NCBI GenBank assembly: GCA_973895155.1
Contig: OZ316897.1
Location: 19,843,224 to 19,907,223 of the forward strand
Reading direction: 5' to 3'
DNA length: 64,000 nt
Source of the DNA: Marsupella aquatica
Taxonomy: Eukaryota > Plantae > Marchantiophyta
The position numbers were made by a program, and so were the translations under genes. Below are positions 40,415 through 55,585 of this stretch, one piece after another. Numbering within the stretch: position 1 is the stretch's first letter; each line of letters begins with the position of its first letter. Under the pieces are notes generated by a model, which was given only the letters and a program-made list of their open reading frames with translations, was not told the origin of the DNA and made no database searches.

Positions 40415-43400
40415 GGACCATGTCAGTACTGTTCTGGTCAAATTTGATAATAGGTTTAGAGACTCCAATGAAGTTACATATGGCGGTTTAATAACCTCAG
40501 TTTTGCACAATTCAGTAAATAGTATCATGGTAGCATGTACATACCATTTATCTGCTTCTTGAAATACGCTTCTACAGCCGGCCTCTGTCCCATACTTTCA
40601 GGACAAACTACGTCGGTTTCAAAGTAATGAACAGCTTCCTAGCTGAGTTTAAATACTTTGGGCGAGCTTTAAATCCTTTAGGTGATTTGATAAAGTGTTG
40701 TGTTTCTACATGCGGTAACAGCTCACAAGATGGACATATTGAGTTTAACAGAGCGCCCTCTTTCCTGTTAGAGCGCGCTCATCCTGTTTTAGCGCTAGGC
40801 ATTTTATTTTCAATATTCATACAAGTTTGGCCTCAGTTGTAATTTATTATGACTCCATTTGTTTTCTGAATAATGTATTCAGCTCTAAGTCGGAGCATTT
40901 TGTTGCGTTTTTTTAGTAGATACACCATTATTTTTAGATCTAGGTTTCCATCATAATTGATGAAGGAAAACTGTATGCAGTTGCAAGTCTACAGATACTA
41001 CATACTTCACATCAAAATGAAATGATAAGCTCTTGCTTTGGTGCGGCTGCAATTTCTTTGCTATCATGTTTGTTACAAAACCCAAGAAAAGCTCCTTCCA
41101 AAATATTTGGCATCAAATGCAGTCACATAACTGAAGTACTATTGGTCTGAACAAACAAGAAAGTCTAATTGTCCAATAAGAACCAATTGAAACCTAACCA
41201 CTTGTGTTTGAGATAAGAAAAACAGTCATACCCATAGCAGTACATAAAAACATGGAATTTTAGAAATAGCACTTCAAGTAAACAAACAAAGAGGTACAAG
41301 AAAATAACCTTTGGGATGGGGGTCCATCAATACATCAGCGTTTGTCCAATAAAGTGATTGAATTTTCTGTTTAATTGACAGAATTTTGAAGTAGGCATGG
41401 ACAAAAATAAATCATTTGACTTCCATAACATCTTGCATAGAGTGTATGATTGGATAGAGGAGTACCAAGGGAATAGTAGAACCTTTGACTGTTAGAACAT
41501 TTTTCATTGACTTAATTTAAGTGGGACTTTATGAAATGTTACATTGACTGCTTGTCCGTAAATAGAAGTGCCAAAAGAATGTATGGACTCTTACCATGAA
41601 TAATCTTCTCATTGTCTTCAATTGAACATGTTTTAGCTACCTTAAACCCGGGTATGCAACTCCCTTTTTATAAGACAAGTTTTTTTAACTCCTTATAATT
41701 GTCTCATTTCCAATTGACCAATACTAGACTCTTGTACCTCCTAACTCAGGGAACAATTATATATTTACAACTCCAACTCCTTGGGCCCTCATACTTAAAT
41801 AATATGTGGGGTATGTGTAAACACTTGAAAGCTGGTTTTTACTCATTTTGAACTAATAATTATTAATGTTACAAGTAACAAGACAACTTCATATGGAAAA
41901 CCTAAATAACAAGGGGTAAGAGCAACTGGGTCATTATTGCAGGGGGTTCACTAAGTTTAATACTTGGACGGAGGGCCCAAGGCTCCAACTCTAGTTATAT
42001 AACAAGTCCTTAAAGGTACGGTACTTTTGATGTTTTTGGAAATGTTATATATATATTGACCAAGTTTAACATTGCACACATGTTACTTTGCAATGTTTGA
42101 ACTGGAAAAATTACAATGATCATGTCGCCTTCCAATCTTTTTAGAAAGATTCCATTGTTCATGTTTTTTGAAAATGTACATTGACCATGTGCAACTTTGG
42201 GCAAATATCACCCTCAATATTTGTGGAGACTATCATTCACATCCCGGGTACCTCATTTCTTCTTATCATTTATTGAAAACAATTCACAATAATAATTTCT
42301 TTAGATAAAACCTAAATAACTCATATTTGTAAGTATTGTTGTAAATGACTTTATGTTCAATACAACTTGTTGTCTAAAGCAACTCACACATAGTGCACTC
42401 AAAAGCAATTGACATTAGTGCACTCAAACTGTTAAGTTGTAATTTGTTTATTAGTACTCAGAAACAAGTTAATCAAATAGTGATATTAAGCTAACCAAGA
42501 CCAGAAAGTTTCTTTCTAGTCGTATGACAAATGACATGGTTATTTTCTTGGTTCTAAAGGAAAATTTAAGATTCTTTTTAGAAGAACATTAGGGTCTGGG
42601 TACGCAACTCAGGCATAATAGGCAGGGCGGGAGGCAGGTTCCATCTACATTTTTGTATGAACTCAAAAGCTGCCAATAATTAAAATTAAACTTGAAAACT
42701 GTTGTGTTTATTACTTTTAGTTAAAAAATTATGGTTTTTTAATCTTTTTCCATGTGATATTAAAAAGCATTTCTAAATTTTCTGTATTTTTATTAAAATA
42801 TGTTTTTGAGAAATTTCAATAAAATCTTAAAAAGTTGGCTAGTTTGGTTGTAGACCCTTGATTAACAAAAACCATATAATTTGGTTCTAACAAGTTCTTC
42901 CATATCAAAACAAGTTTGGTTGTTTGAAATGAAATTTCACATGGAACACGCTGACCAACCAAACAAGAAGTTGGATCCAACATTGGATTCCAAGTTGCAT
43001 GAGATACTTTTTGACAAAAAATGGCAATTAATTCATTAAAATCTCTGATTATATAACAATCCATCCTGAAAACATTTGTCAAACACAAAACCCATAAAAC
43101 AATGATTCACAAGTCCTATCTCCGCACGCTAAATTAATTTTCCCGACGAAACGTCCAAAACATGAATCTCCGTTTGGCTCAGATTTATTTTATTTTGTAG
43201 CATTGAATGAAGTGGCTGAAGCATCTCAAACTCGTCTTTCTAACGGTATCAATTATAAGGAGTTTGGATAAATAACGACAAAGATATGGCTTCCAAAGTG
43301 TGATAGAGTACAAACTTAATTTTACAAATAATTATTTTCACCTCACAATTAACTTAAAACATTGTAAGTGATGCCCTAGGCCCTGGTATGCAACCCCCCA

Positions 43401-46400
43401 TATTATTAAGCCAAGTTTATATCCAATTAACCATGTGAAGTTTTATTTTATTCTACTATTAAAATATTGTACTTCTCTATTTAGGATTCCAAAAATGTAA
43501 CTTAAGAAAAACCCTAAATCCTAAACCCAATTTTAGTTTTAATTACACCCAACTTTTTAGTTCATACAAAAATGTAAACCCTTGTGATGGGGAGGTCTCC
43601 ATATAGTGAGACCTCCAAGGGGGGTGCAAGATTGATTTAAGAATATCTGGGGTATTGTGGGGTCACTTCCACAGAAGTGACATATCACATGCAACAAAGT
43701 ATATGGTCATTTAAAATGGTTAATTTGATTGAAGATATATTGATCAAGTTGTTAGAGGAAATATAAGGTTGTTTAATAGCAAAATGCATGCTTGTCATCA
43801 AGTGATTATTTGGTGTTGTACAAATTCATATAAAGTTCTTAGGGGGGTCCTAAATGATCCAAACCTTCACACATAATTATGTCTGGCCCTCCATATATGA
43901 GGTGGCTGAGGAGGAGTTGCACAATTATGCTAAATGGAGTGAGAACATATATTTTCAGACCTTTTTTTCTTCCCTGTCCCCTCACCCCCATGCACTCTCT
44001 TTCTTTACTCCCGCTCTTCCTCCCATTGCCGATCTCCATCACTCCCTTCCCCTCACCCCCATATATGCCCGCTCTTTCTTTACTCCCACGTACTCTCCTT
44101 CCCACTGCTAATCTCCATTGCCCCCTTCCCCTCACCCCATGCCCTCTCTTTCTTTACTCCCACTCCCCCACTCATTGCTGATCTCCATCGCCTCTTGTTG
44201 CCCCTTCCCCTCCCCCTTTTTCTTTCCTCCACCACCACTAAAAATTAGATTAAAATTAATAGAGAAGAAATTACAGACCTCCAAACAATTGATCAGAAAT
44301 CGTTAGTTTCTCAAATTAAAGCAAATAGCCAAATACCTTTCAATGTCACTTTCCCTTTATTCACTCCAAGCCAGAAATCTGAATCTCTGGTCCATCTGAC
44401 TCTCAAGAGTACTCTCCTTCAATGCTCCATCCCAGGCTCCAGGCCAAAACACTTTATGCACAGGCTATACTATGGACACTAGGTTATATAGTATACTCAT
44501 TATTTTACTGTCAGTATGTGAAAGCAATTTTGGGTACTACCCATTTGAGTCATCCAACAGTCTCAAATAACTTTGGACAGTATCTGACCCTTGACGGTAC
44601 AATATCTAACCCTTGGTGTAATACGGAATATTGTTCCCTTAATTTTATCCTCACATTTCACTTCTCACAAGGAAGTCAAGTTTTCCTTGTATGAAAGGAG
44701 AGTTAGGAAACTGGGCAAGCTCGGAAAATGAAAGGTGTTCAGCACCAAGCACACAATTAATGGACAGGAAAATCCAGCCACAAATATAGTAACATATAAA
44801 CGCGAGTTTGTACATTACTATTGGACAATTGGAAATGGCTCTGAGATGTCCACGTACACCAGATAACCCCAGCTCAGCAACCATACTCCGAAGAACAGAA
44901 AAGTGTCTATATCACCAACCCCGCTACTGTCCATTACTCCTGGAGGGATTTTAGTAGCTCAATGTACAATTATTCCTTAAGGAAAAAACCAACGTAATTA
45001 ACCGTGCATGCCACTTGTCAACCTTTTCAATCACCCAGCCTCTACTGAGCACCCCCAAAGAAAGAACCCAAACCGAACAGTTTACCCGTCAAACCCCTTC
45101 AGTCACCAAGCACCTGAATTCCAATGAATAAGCCCAGATGTTAATTACCATCTGTGACTCAGGGCTAATCATATGTAATTAATTAAGTGAAGACAATGGA
45201 GCCTAACTTTTAACGTTTCAACCCCATTAGCTCACACCACGTCTACTGTCCATGCATGCTCATATTACTGTAAACCTAATCCGACCCGACTGGAAAGACA
45301 ATATAGGGAGAGTAGATTTTGCTTCCTGTGAATTAGCCCACTATTTGCCACGAAGTAGTGTCAGATCGACTATACAATGCATCATTCTGCGTTCTGCTAG
45401 TCATCCTACAATTGGCTAGATGACACAGAGTCATCAGTCAGTATCACGTAGTTGTCATCTGCCACATTCAGTTTCTAGTTAGCTATACCCAGTCAGTATC
45501 ACTTAGTTGTCATCTGCCACATTTAGCTAGTTTCTAGCTAGCTGTCCCCAGTCAGTATCACTTAGTTGTCATCTGCCACATTTAGTTTATAACTAGCTAG
45601 CTATCCCCTCTGGACAAGAATATAAGGAGCTTTTGCTCATGCTGGTCTTTCATTCCTCTCAGCATCTCGTTATCTATCTCTCGCACAATTGTCTGAGGCA
45701 GCGAGCACTCTAGCCTCCTAGCACTTCAGAAGATCGATAGACAAGAGTTGGACAGTCCAACCTGACTTTGCCAAGAGGAGATTGGACGTACAGAACTTGT
45801 ACGTATCAGAAGGCCAAAGAAGCTAGGAACAGAATAGGAACGCAAAGGGAGCGTTATCATCGTGCTACTCAAGTAGGTCTTGATTTATCTAGGTCGGAAC
45901 GTACTGGAACTGTGAACGTCTTGAAACTCTGGGATCCACATCTCGTGTCATACAGGTCGTGAATTAAGTGTCGGTGAGAGAAAAGAGGAAGCAAGAAGAT
46001 CGAACAAGTCTCAAATTGAAGCTCAAATGCAGCAGCGGTCAACGGAGCTTTACCTTGGAGATTTAGAGTCTAATGTATCAGAGGATTACCTTCATGAGAT
46101 TTTCAGCCAATTCGGTCAATTGGGCTCAATTCGCATTTATTGTGATCCGATTACTGGGTTTCTCTTGGGCACGCCTACATGAGCTACATAAACGCTGAAG
46201 ATGCCGCAGCAGCCATGGAGTTCCTGAACTTTGCTCCGGTGAATGGGAAGCCCATTCGCATTATGATTTCTTGCCGTGACCTTAGTGGACGGAAAAGGGT
46301 TCCAGCTTCGTGCAGTTCGAGCAGCAAGAGACAGCGCAGAGTGCCATCGCTAAAGTGAACGGCATGCATGCTCTTGAACGACTAATAGGTATATGTTGGA

Positions 46401-47990
46401 CCCTTTGTTAGTTGGCGAAAAAGGGAGTTATTTGTTGGACCCTTTGTTAGTCGGCGAGAAAGGGATAACTCCGGCGACGGTTCCAAGTTCAGCAATGATT
46501 TTGTTAACAACATTGCCGAAACTACCACCGATCAGGATCGAGTTGTATTCGGCTATAGATTTGTTGTATTTGGCGACATTAGCAGTGCCAACGCGGCAAG
46601 GGCCGTCAAGGTCTTGAATGGGAAGAGGGTTGAAGAGAAAGAGTGATACGTAGGAAATGCCCAAAAGAGGTCTGACAGAGAAGCAGAGAAAGAGCAACGT
46701 TTGAACAAGAGCACAAAAGCAGGATTCAACAACATCCGGGTTGCATTTTCTTCTGGCAGCCCCTTTTGGGTATCATTTTCCCGCAGAGTATTGGCTTATC
46801 TTACCAGCAACCGATGCTTGATATACGTCTAGAAACCTGGAGGAAGATAGGACCCAAGCTTCAGATTCCAGGTTGTTCTTAGCCAGAATCAGCAAGGTGG
46901 CAGGCCTGAAAGAGGGCAAAATCCAAGCTTCAATGGCCACCAGCAACAGAACCTTGCATGCTGTCTAGAGCTAGACCTGGAGATGGACTGGATACAAATT
47001 CAAATTTCTAGGTTGTTGGAAAGAATTAACAAGGTGGCAGGCCTGGACGAGGGCAATACCCAACCTTAAATGGTCCGGTTTTCCAGAGACAGAATCAACG
47101 AGGTGGTCACCACCGTGCAGAATGCAGATTTGGTAGTAGAGCTCCAGGACACCCACCTAAACAGCAGACACTGCCCTAATAGGTCATTGAGGCTTCCTTA
47201 TCATCAGATATTCAAGGATTATCGGAGTGAAAAGGTTTAGGGTGCATCTTAAGGCAACTCTGCCGAAGTTTTGGGTCAATTGCATTTTGTGTTTTGTGTT
47301 TACTCTATGGTGACATTTCTTGTTAAAAGGGAGATATCATCTTACTTTCAAACATAAGAATACCTTGTAAAACACTTTGGATGTCAATGCTTGGATGTTT
47401 CGCCCAGGTGCTATTGCAAAGAGGAGCAAAAAGTTTTGACAGCATTCTATACCATTTTTTAGAATAAAATTATATATATTCAAGTGTAATCTCGTTTTAT
47501 TTAATCTTACTACGCATGCTTCTAAAATTTTGTCCCACAAGTATAGAAAAGGAGAGCCGATGACTCTTTTGGGGCATTTCATAATACTGAACGCTATGAT
47601 ATTACATCCATATTCAAGTTGTTGGGTAAGATCATGATATGTTCCAGCTCCGGCATGAAACATCCTGTGGCGAGTCTAATATAATATCCACTCAAGTGAT
47701 GACATGCTGTGAATTGTTGCTAGTACATAAAATTAACCCATTTTGAGTGAGAAGGAAGATTTCAAAACCAGCCGCTCGAGCGAGGCTAGTCATCTCCGTC
47801 AACGAGAAATGACATCACCGAGACTTATAGGAGACTTATACGCAGAATGACCCATTCTATCATCTGACACTACTTCGTGCCAAATACACAGTGGGCTAGT
47901 ACGTTCACAGACAACAAAATCTACTCTCACTAATTTTACCATTCTATCATCTGAAACTACTTCGTGCCATATACATATATATAGTGGGCT
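40415..47990 (+). repeat. Segmental duplication unit A (related units about 48280-52350 and 52670-64000)
   Basis: Collinear shared blocks: 40870-41040/48360-48550/53310-53500, 42220-42930/49000-49730/53950-54660, 43360-44200/49910-50580/55040-55260+63389-64000, and 47200-47990/51520-52350. Confidence 0.85.
45965..47180 (+). pseudogene. Degenerate PABP-derived copy 2
   Basis: Homologous to 33365-32220 in inverted orientation ([42 protein letters not shown]). It has frameshifts, an RRM2 deletion and a ~39-bp duplication at 46395-46470. Confidence 0.85.
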
Positions 47991-50589
47991 AGTTCACAGA
48001 CAACAAAATCTACTCTCACTAATTTGTCTTTCCAGTCGGGTTACTTTTACAGTAGTACGAGCATGCATGGACAGTGGTGGCTGTGAGAGCTAATGGGGTT
48101 GAAAAGCTAGTTGAAGATCGATCCCAGCACGTTGGCTTTGGTTATAATCGAATAACCCCGACTCACAGATGGTTAGTGAATGAAGAAGTTTGACTGGACG
48201 GTAGACTGTAATGCACACCAGGCAATTGCGCTATCGAAAGAGAGAGAGACAATTGGACAGGGAGATGAATGAAAGATAAGTATGGGTTCCAAGCCATACA
48301 AGTGTATTTGAGGCATCGAGCACTTGTGCTCCCTTCTCCTCGATCATTGAGTTTATCATGAGACTCCATTCTTTCAGTAAAATGTATTGAAGCAGAACTT
48401 CTGGTTTGGAGCATTCTGTTGTATTTCTCAGAACTGACACCATTTTAGATCTAGGTCTCCATTATAATCGATAAGGAAAACTGTACGCAGCTGGAAGTCT
48501 ACAGATTCTAGATACTCCACTCCAAAACGCTACAATAAGCTCTTGCTATGCTGCAAACTATCTGCTATTATATATGTTTCTTGTAATATATCATCATGGA
48601 TACGGATCACAGTCTAAAACGTTTGTGGAAATCAAGTAAAGTAAATCGTTTCTTAAGGGTCCATAGACATAGTAGAGGGTTCTGGACTTTAATTAGATAT
48701 TAAAAATGTACAAAGTTACTGAAATTTAATTATGACGTTCCATATATTTTCATGTACCCATATGTGTATCATTTATGGAGATTTGTGGTACCTGAGGTGA
48801 ATATCGCCCATAACATTGAACCCCTACATCCCTACGTACTTACCTGAGCGTGAGCAGACATGCATTTGTAGGCCGGTGACAACAAGGCACCTTGAAGATC
48901 TTCAGCGTGTTTGGTCCATTCGTATTATCAAGGCTATCGGTCTCTCGTGATCATCAGTATTAAGTTTGGCTTTCCCTGCTTAGTTTGCCTTAACTCAATG
49001 TTTGTGGAGACTACCACATCCCCGGTACCACATTTCTTCTTATCATTTATTAAAATAAAAAAATCATAATAATAACTGTTTTGGGCAAAACCTAAATAAC
49101 TCAATGTTTCTAAGTATTTATTGTAAATGACTCTATGTTCAATATAATTAGTTGTCTAAAGTAATTGACATTAGTGTACTCAAAAGCAACTGACATTAGT
49201 GCACTCAAACTGTTAACTTATGAATTGTTTATTAGTACTCAGAAACAAGTTAATCAAATAGTGATCATAAACTAACATAGAACAATTTCTCTCTAGTGGT
49301 GCAACAAATAATATGGTTATTTTCTTGGTTCTAAAAGAAAACTTAAGAATTTTTTAGAAGAATATAATTAAGGTTTCAGTATGCAACTCGTGCATGATAG
49401 GCAGGCCGGGAGACAGGGTCCATCTACATTTTTGTATGAACTCAAAAGTTGCAGGCCTATAATAAAAATTAAACTTGAACAATGTTGTGTTTATCACTTT
49501 TAATTAAAAACATTATGGGTCATAATTATATAAAGTTTGCCAGTTTTTAATCATTTTCCACATGATATTAAAAATATTCTAAATTTTCTGTAATTTTTCT
49601 TAAAATATCTTTGAAATTTCAATAAAATCCTAAAAAGTTGGCTAGCTAGTTTGGTTGAAGAACCCTTGTATTAACAAAAACCATTTAATTTGGTTTTAAC
49701 TAATGAAGTTTTGCCATTTCAAAACAAGTTCGGCTTATTTTTTAATCTTGTACATATTTGGATTCTTTGAATTTAGAGGTACAATAGTTTTGTAGACTGA
49801 AATGAAACTTTACATGATTGGCCAGTTTTGGCATAAAGTCACTCTAAGGAATTAAAAACTTACCTTGTAAAACTAAAATTTCACATGGTCAATTTGGCAT
49901 AAATTGGTTATGCAACTAGTATGCAACTCCCCATATTATTAAACCAGGTTTATATCCAATTAACCATGTGAAGTTTTACTTTATTCTATTATTAAAATCT
50001 TGTGCCTCTCTACTCAAGGATTCCAAAGATGTAACTAATAAAAGAAAAAATCATTAACCCTAAACCCAAATTTAGCTCTAATTACACCCAACATTTTAGT
50101 TCATAATTATAAAAATGTAAACCCTTGTGATGGGGAGGTCTCCATATAGTAAGACCTCCAAGGGGAGTGCAAGATTGATAAGAACATCTGGGGTATTGTG
50201 GGGTCACTTCCACAGAAGTGGCATATCACATGCAACAAAGTATATGGTCATTTAAAGGGTTAATTTGATTGAAGATTTATCACGTTGTCAAAGGGAATGT
50301 AAGGTTGTTAATTAATAGCAAAATGCATGCATGTCATTGAGTGATTGGTGTTGTACAAATTTATATAAAGTTCTTAAGGAGGAGGGGTCATAAATTATCC
50401 AAACCTTCACATAAAATTATGTCTGACCTCCCATGTATGCGGTGGCTGGAGCTAGGAGTGTATGCTATATGGAGTGAGAACATACATTTGACCTATATAT
50501 TTTTCTTTCCTACATCCCCTCACCCCATGCCCTCTCTTTCTTTACTCCCACTCTCCTTCCCATTGCTATGATCTCCACTGCCTCCTACA

Positions 50590-51520
50590 CCGATTACTGG
50601 GTGTTCTCTTGGGCACGCCTAGGTGAGCTACATAAACGCTGAAGATGCTGCAGCAGCCATGGAGCTCCTGAATTTTGCTCCTGTGAATGGGAAGCCCATT
50701 AGCATTATGATTTCTTGCCGTGACCCTACTGGACGAAAAAGGGTTCCGGCTTCTGGCAGTTCGAGCAGCAAGAGACAGCGCAGAATGCCATGCTCTTGAA
50801 CGACAATAGGTATTTGTTGGACCCTTTGTTAGTCGGCAAAAAAGGGATAACTCTGGTGAAGGTTCCAAGTTCAGCAATGGTTTTGTTAAGAACATTGCCG
50901 AAACTATCACCGATCAGGATCGAGTTGTGTTTGGCGATAAATTTGTTGTATTCGGCCACATTAGCAGTGCCGTTGTGATGCGGGACAGTGAGGGGGAGTC
51001 CAGTGTTTTGGATTTGTCAATTTCAATTACAAACAGTGACGACGCGGCCAGGGCCGTCGAGGCCTTGAATGGGAAGTGGGTAGGAAAGGCTTTTTTTGGC
51101 CTTTTTTGGGATTCATTCCCCCGCAGAGTATTGGCTTGTCTTACCAGCTACCGATTCTTGATGTACGTCTAGAGACCTGGAGGAAGATAGTACCCAAGCT
51201 TCGGTTTCCAGGTTGTACGTTCTTAGCGAGAATCAGCAAGGTAACAGGCCTCAAAGAGGGCAAATCCAAGCTTCAATGGCCACCAGCAACAGATGCTTGC
51301 TGTCTACAGCTAGACCTGGAGATGGACTGGATCGATACAAATTCAAACTTCCAGGTTGTTGGAAAGAATTAACAAGGTGGCAGGCCTGGAAGAGGTCAAT
51401 ACCCAACCTTAAACGGCCCGGTTTCCAGAGACAGAATCAACGAGGTGGTCACCACCGTGCAGAACGCAGATTTGGTAGTAGAGCTTCAGGACACCCACCT
51501 AAACAGCAGACACTACCCTA
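50590..51520 (+). pseudogene. Degenerate, 5'-truncated PABP-derived copy 3
   Basis: Near-identical to 46148-47180 and retains VVFGHISSAVVMRDSEGES..DDAARAVEALNGK of RRM3. Confidence 0.85.
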
Positions 51521-54500
51521 GCTAGCTAATAGGGCATTGAGGCTTCCTTATCATCAGATATTCAAGGATTATCCGAGTGAAATGGTTTCCGGTGGATCTT
51601 AAGGCAACTCGATCTGCCAAAGTTTTGGGCCAATTGCATTTTGTGTTTTGTGCTTACTCTATGGTGATATTTCTTGTTAAGAGGGAGATAGCATCTTACT
51701 TTCAAACATAAGAATACCTTATGAAACACTTTGGATGTACCGCAATGCTCGGATGTTTCGCCCAAGTGCTATTGCAAAGACGAGCAAAAAGCTTTTCAAA
51801 GCATTCTAAACCATTTTTTAGAATAAAATTATATTCAAATGTAATCTCGTTTTATTTAATCCTATAACGCATGCTTCTATAATTTTATTCCACAAGTATA
51901 GAAAAGGAGACACAACTATAGAAAAGGAGAGCCGATGACTCTTTTGGGGCATTTCATAATACTGAACGATAGGATATTACATCCATATTCAAGTTGTTGG
52001 GTAAGATCATGATATGTTCCAGCTCCGGCATGAAACATCCTGTGGCGAGTCTAATATAATATCCACTCAAGTGATGACATGCTGTGAATTGTTGCTAGTA
52101 CATAAAACGCATTTTGAGTGAGAAGGAAGATTTCAAAACCAGCCGCTCGCGCGAGGCTAGTCATCTCCGTCAACGAGAAATGATATCACCGAGACTTATA
52201 GGAGAATGACCCATTGTATCATCTGACACTACTTCGTGCCAAATACATAGTGGGCTAGTACGTTCACAGACAACAAAATCTACTCTCACTAATTTGACCC
52301 ATTCTATCATCTGACACTACTTCGTGCCATATACATATATAGTGGGCCCGTTGCTGAGTCGATCTTGTTAGAACCAGTAAAACAGTTCCCCTCTTGGAGA
52401 CTCTACTAACTACCTACATGGGACTTTAGATACGTACCATGAAGGTTTTGAAATCTCCCACCATAAACCTAACATACTTCGGGAATTTTCGTTTTCCCAC
52501 CCCAAGAAACCCACATTGGAAAAATATTTGTCTACTTTAAAATAGTTTAATTGAACCCCCACGTAATCTTTATGAAATTGGCCGTTTATCACAGATTAAC
52601 GCAGGCAATTTCACAAATTCCATCAGGGAGCGGGACAGATTTGCCTTGTGAGAAGGGGAAGGGTAACATGACTCAGTTCATGTTCTTAATCTCGTTGTAT
52701 AAGCCAGTAATGTAGTTATAGATCTCCAGGGATCTGAATTCCTTAATATTTGCTAATTTGCTAATTAACTGGGGCTGAACGTACGTGTCAAGGCTGCTGA
52801 AAGGAGATTTATGGGACGTTCTCAAAATATGAGTATGACGTAAGTGGCTAGCTATTCGTGGACCATCTACTATTCTGGTGAAATTTTTTATAATAGCTTA
52901 AGTGACTCCAATGAAGATATGGCTGTACAACACTCCAGTTTTGGTAAACTCAGTAAGTAGTAGCATGGCAGCCTCCACGGCGCTTCTTTCAAATACGCGT
53001 CTACAGCCTCTCTCCGGCATTCTCAGGACAAACGACGGCTCAAATTAAATATCTGACAGCACCATAGCTGAGTTTGAATACTTTGAGTGATTTGACAGAC
53101 AGTTGGGTACGTTTAATCTTGCCGACACCTTTTCTCACTAACAGCTCAAAAGATGGACATCTTGACTTTAATTGCAGCAGCGCCCTTCTTCCCGTTAGTG
53201 CTCACATCTTGCTTTGGCTCCAGGCATTTTTGGTCCAAGCCATACAAGTGAATTTGCGGCATCGAGCACTTGCGCTGGCTTCTCCTCTACCATCTTTGAG
53301 TTTATCATGAGACTCCATTCTTTCAGTAAAATGTATTGAAGCAGAATTTCTGGTTTGGAGCATTCTGTTGTGTTTCTCAGAACTGACACCATTTTAGATC
53401 TAGGTCTCCATTATAATAGATAAGGAAAACTGTACGCAGCTGCATGTCTACAGATTCTAGATACTCCACTGCAAAACATTACAATAAGCTCTTGCTATGC
53501 TGCAAACTATATATCTGCTATTATGCTTCTTGTAATCGTTATAGATACGGATCACAGTCTCAAACGTTTGTGGAAATCAAGTAAAGTAAATCGTTTCTTA
53601 AGGGTCCATAGACAACTTAGCAGGGTTTTGGAATTTAATTAGATATTAAAAATGTACAAAGTTACTGAAATTTAATTAGGACGTGTCATATATTTTTATG
53701 TACCCATATATGTGTATCATTTATGGAGATTTGTGGTACCTGAGTTGACCGTCGCCCATAGCATTAAACCCCTACATACCTACTTACCTGAGCGTGGGCA
53801 GACCATGCATTTGTAGGCCGGTGACAACAAGGCGCCTTGAAGATCTTCAGCTTGTTTGGTCCATTCCTAATATCAAGGCTATTGGTCTCTCTTGATCATC
53901 AGAGTATTAAGTTTGCCTTTCCCTGCTTATTTTGCCTTAATTCAATGTTTGTGGAGACTACCACATCCTGGGTACCACATTTCTTCTTATCATTTATTAA
54001 AAAAAATCATAATAATAATTGTTGTAGACAAAACCTATATTACTCAAGGTTTCTAAGTATTTGCTGTAAATGACTCTATTTCAATATAATTGGTTGTCTA
54101 AAGCTATTGACATCAGTGCACTCAAAAGTAACTACATTAATGCAAACAAACTGTTAAATTATGAACTGTTTATTAGTACTCAGAAACAAGTTAATCAAAT
54201 AGTGATAAACTAACAGAGAACAATTTCTTTGTAGTGGTGCGACAAATAACATGGTTATTTTCTTGGTTCTAAAAGAAAATTTAAGAATTTTTTTAGAAGA
54301 ACATTAAGGTAACTTTGGGTACGCAACTCGTGTATACTAGGCAGGCCGGAAGACAGGGTCCATGTACATTTTTGTATGAACTCAAAAGTTGCCTATAAAA
54401 AAATTAATTAAACTTGGAAATTTTTGTCTTTATTACTTTTAATTAAGAAAAATATGAGGCATATACAAAGTTTGGTTTTTAATCATTTTCCACATGATAT

Positions 54501-55585
54501 TAAAAAACATATCTAAATTTGCTATAGTTTTTCTTTAAAGATTTTAAGAAATTTCAATAAAATCCTAAAAAGTTGGCTAGTTTGGTTGTAGAGCCTTGTA
54601 TTAACAAAAACCATATAATTTGGTTTGAACAAATGAAGTTTTGCCATATCAAAACAAGTTTGGCTTTTTTAATCTTGTACATATTTGGATTCTTTGAATT
54701 TGGAGGTACAATAGTTTTGTAGAATGATTGAAATCATGAAACTTTACATGATTGGCCAATTTGGCAAAAGTCACTCTAAGGAATTAGAAACTTACCTTGT
54801 AAAACTAAAACTTCACATGATGGTCAATTTGTCACAAATTTGTTATCAGAAATTATAAACTTGCCTTACAGAAATATATAGGAGTTGCAAATTAGGGCCT
54901 TTCAAACTAAATTTTTGAGACTTACACAACACTAGGGCATTTATCAAAATTTGAGAATATTCCAAGAATATTTCAGCTAAGTTATAGGGGGTAGTAATGT
55001 TTTACTTCAATTTTAGGGGGTCTCAGGCCTAAAACGTTGTAAGTGATGCCTTACGCCCTGGTATGCAACTCCCCATATTATTAAACCAAGTTTATATCCA
55101 ATTAACCATGTGAAGGTTTATTTTATTCTACTATTAAAGTCTGGTACCTCTCTACTCAAGGATTCCAAAGATGTAACTAAAGAAAATACCATAAACCCTA
55201 AACCCAAATTTAGTTTTAATTACACCCAACTTTTTAGTTCATATAAAAATGTAAACCCTTGAATAACAAGAAGCCTTAAGGGATGAGTCCAAAGCCTTAT
55301 TTCTCTTTTCAAAATCTTCATGATATTAAAAAGTGTATACCAAAAAACCACCAAAAAATGGTATGTATTTTCCAAACTAGACTCAAGAGAATTTTACCAC
55401 CAAAATCTAAGCATATCTTATATGATATTCTCACAATTGTATAAACCTTGAAATATGCACTTTATAAAAGTAATCAAAATCAAACTCATCGATCAGAGTT
55501 TAAGTCAAACTCAAAGTTTTACAAAATATAACCCAACTTAAGCCCAAGTGGTTTCAAATGCTACGAGTCCCTCTATTTATCTAGT

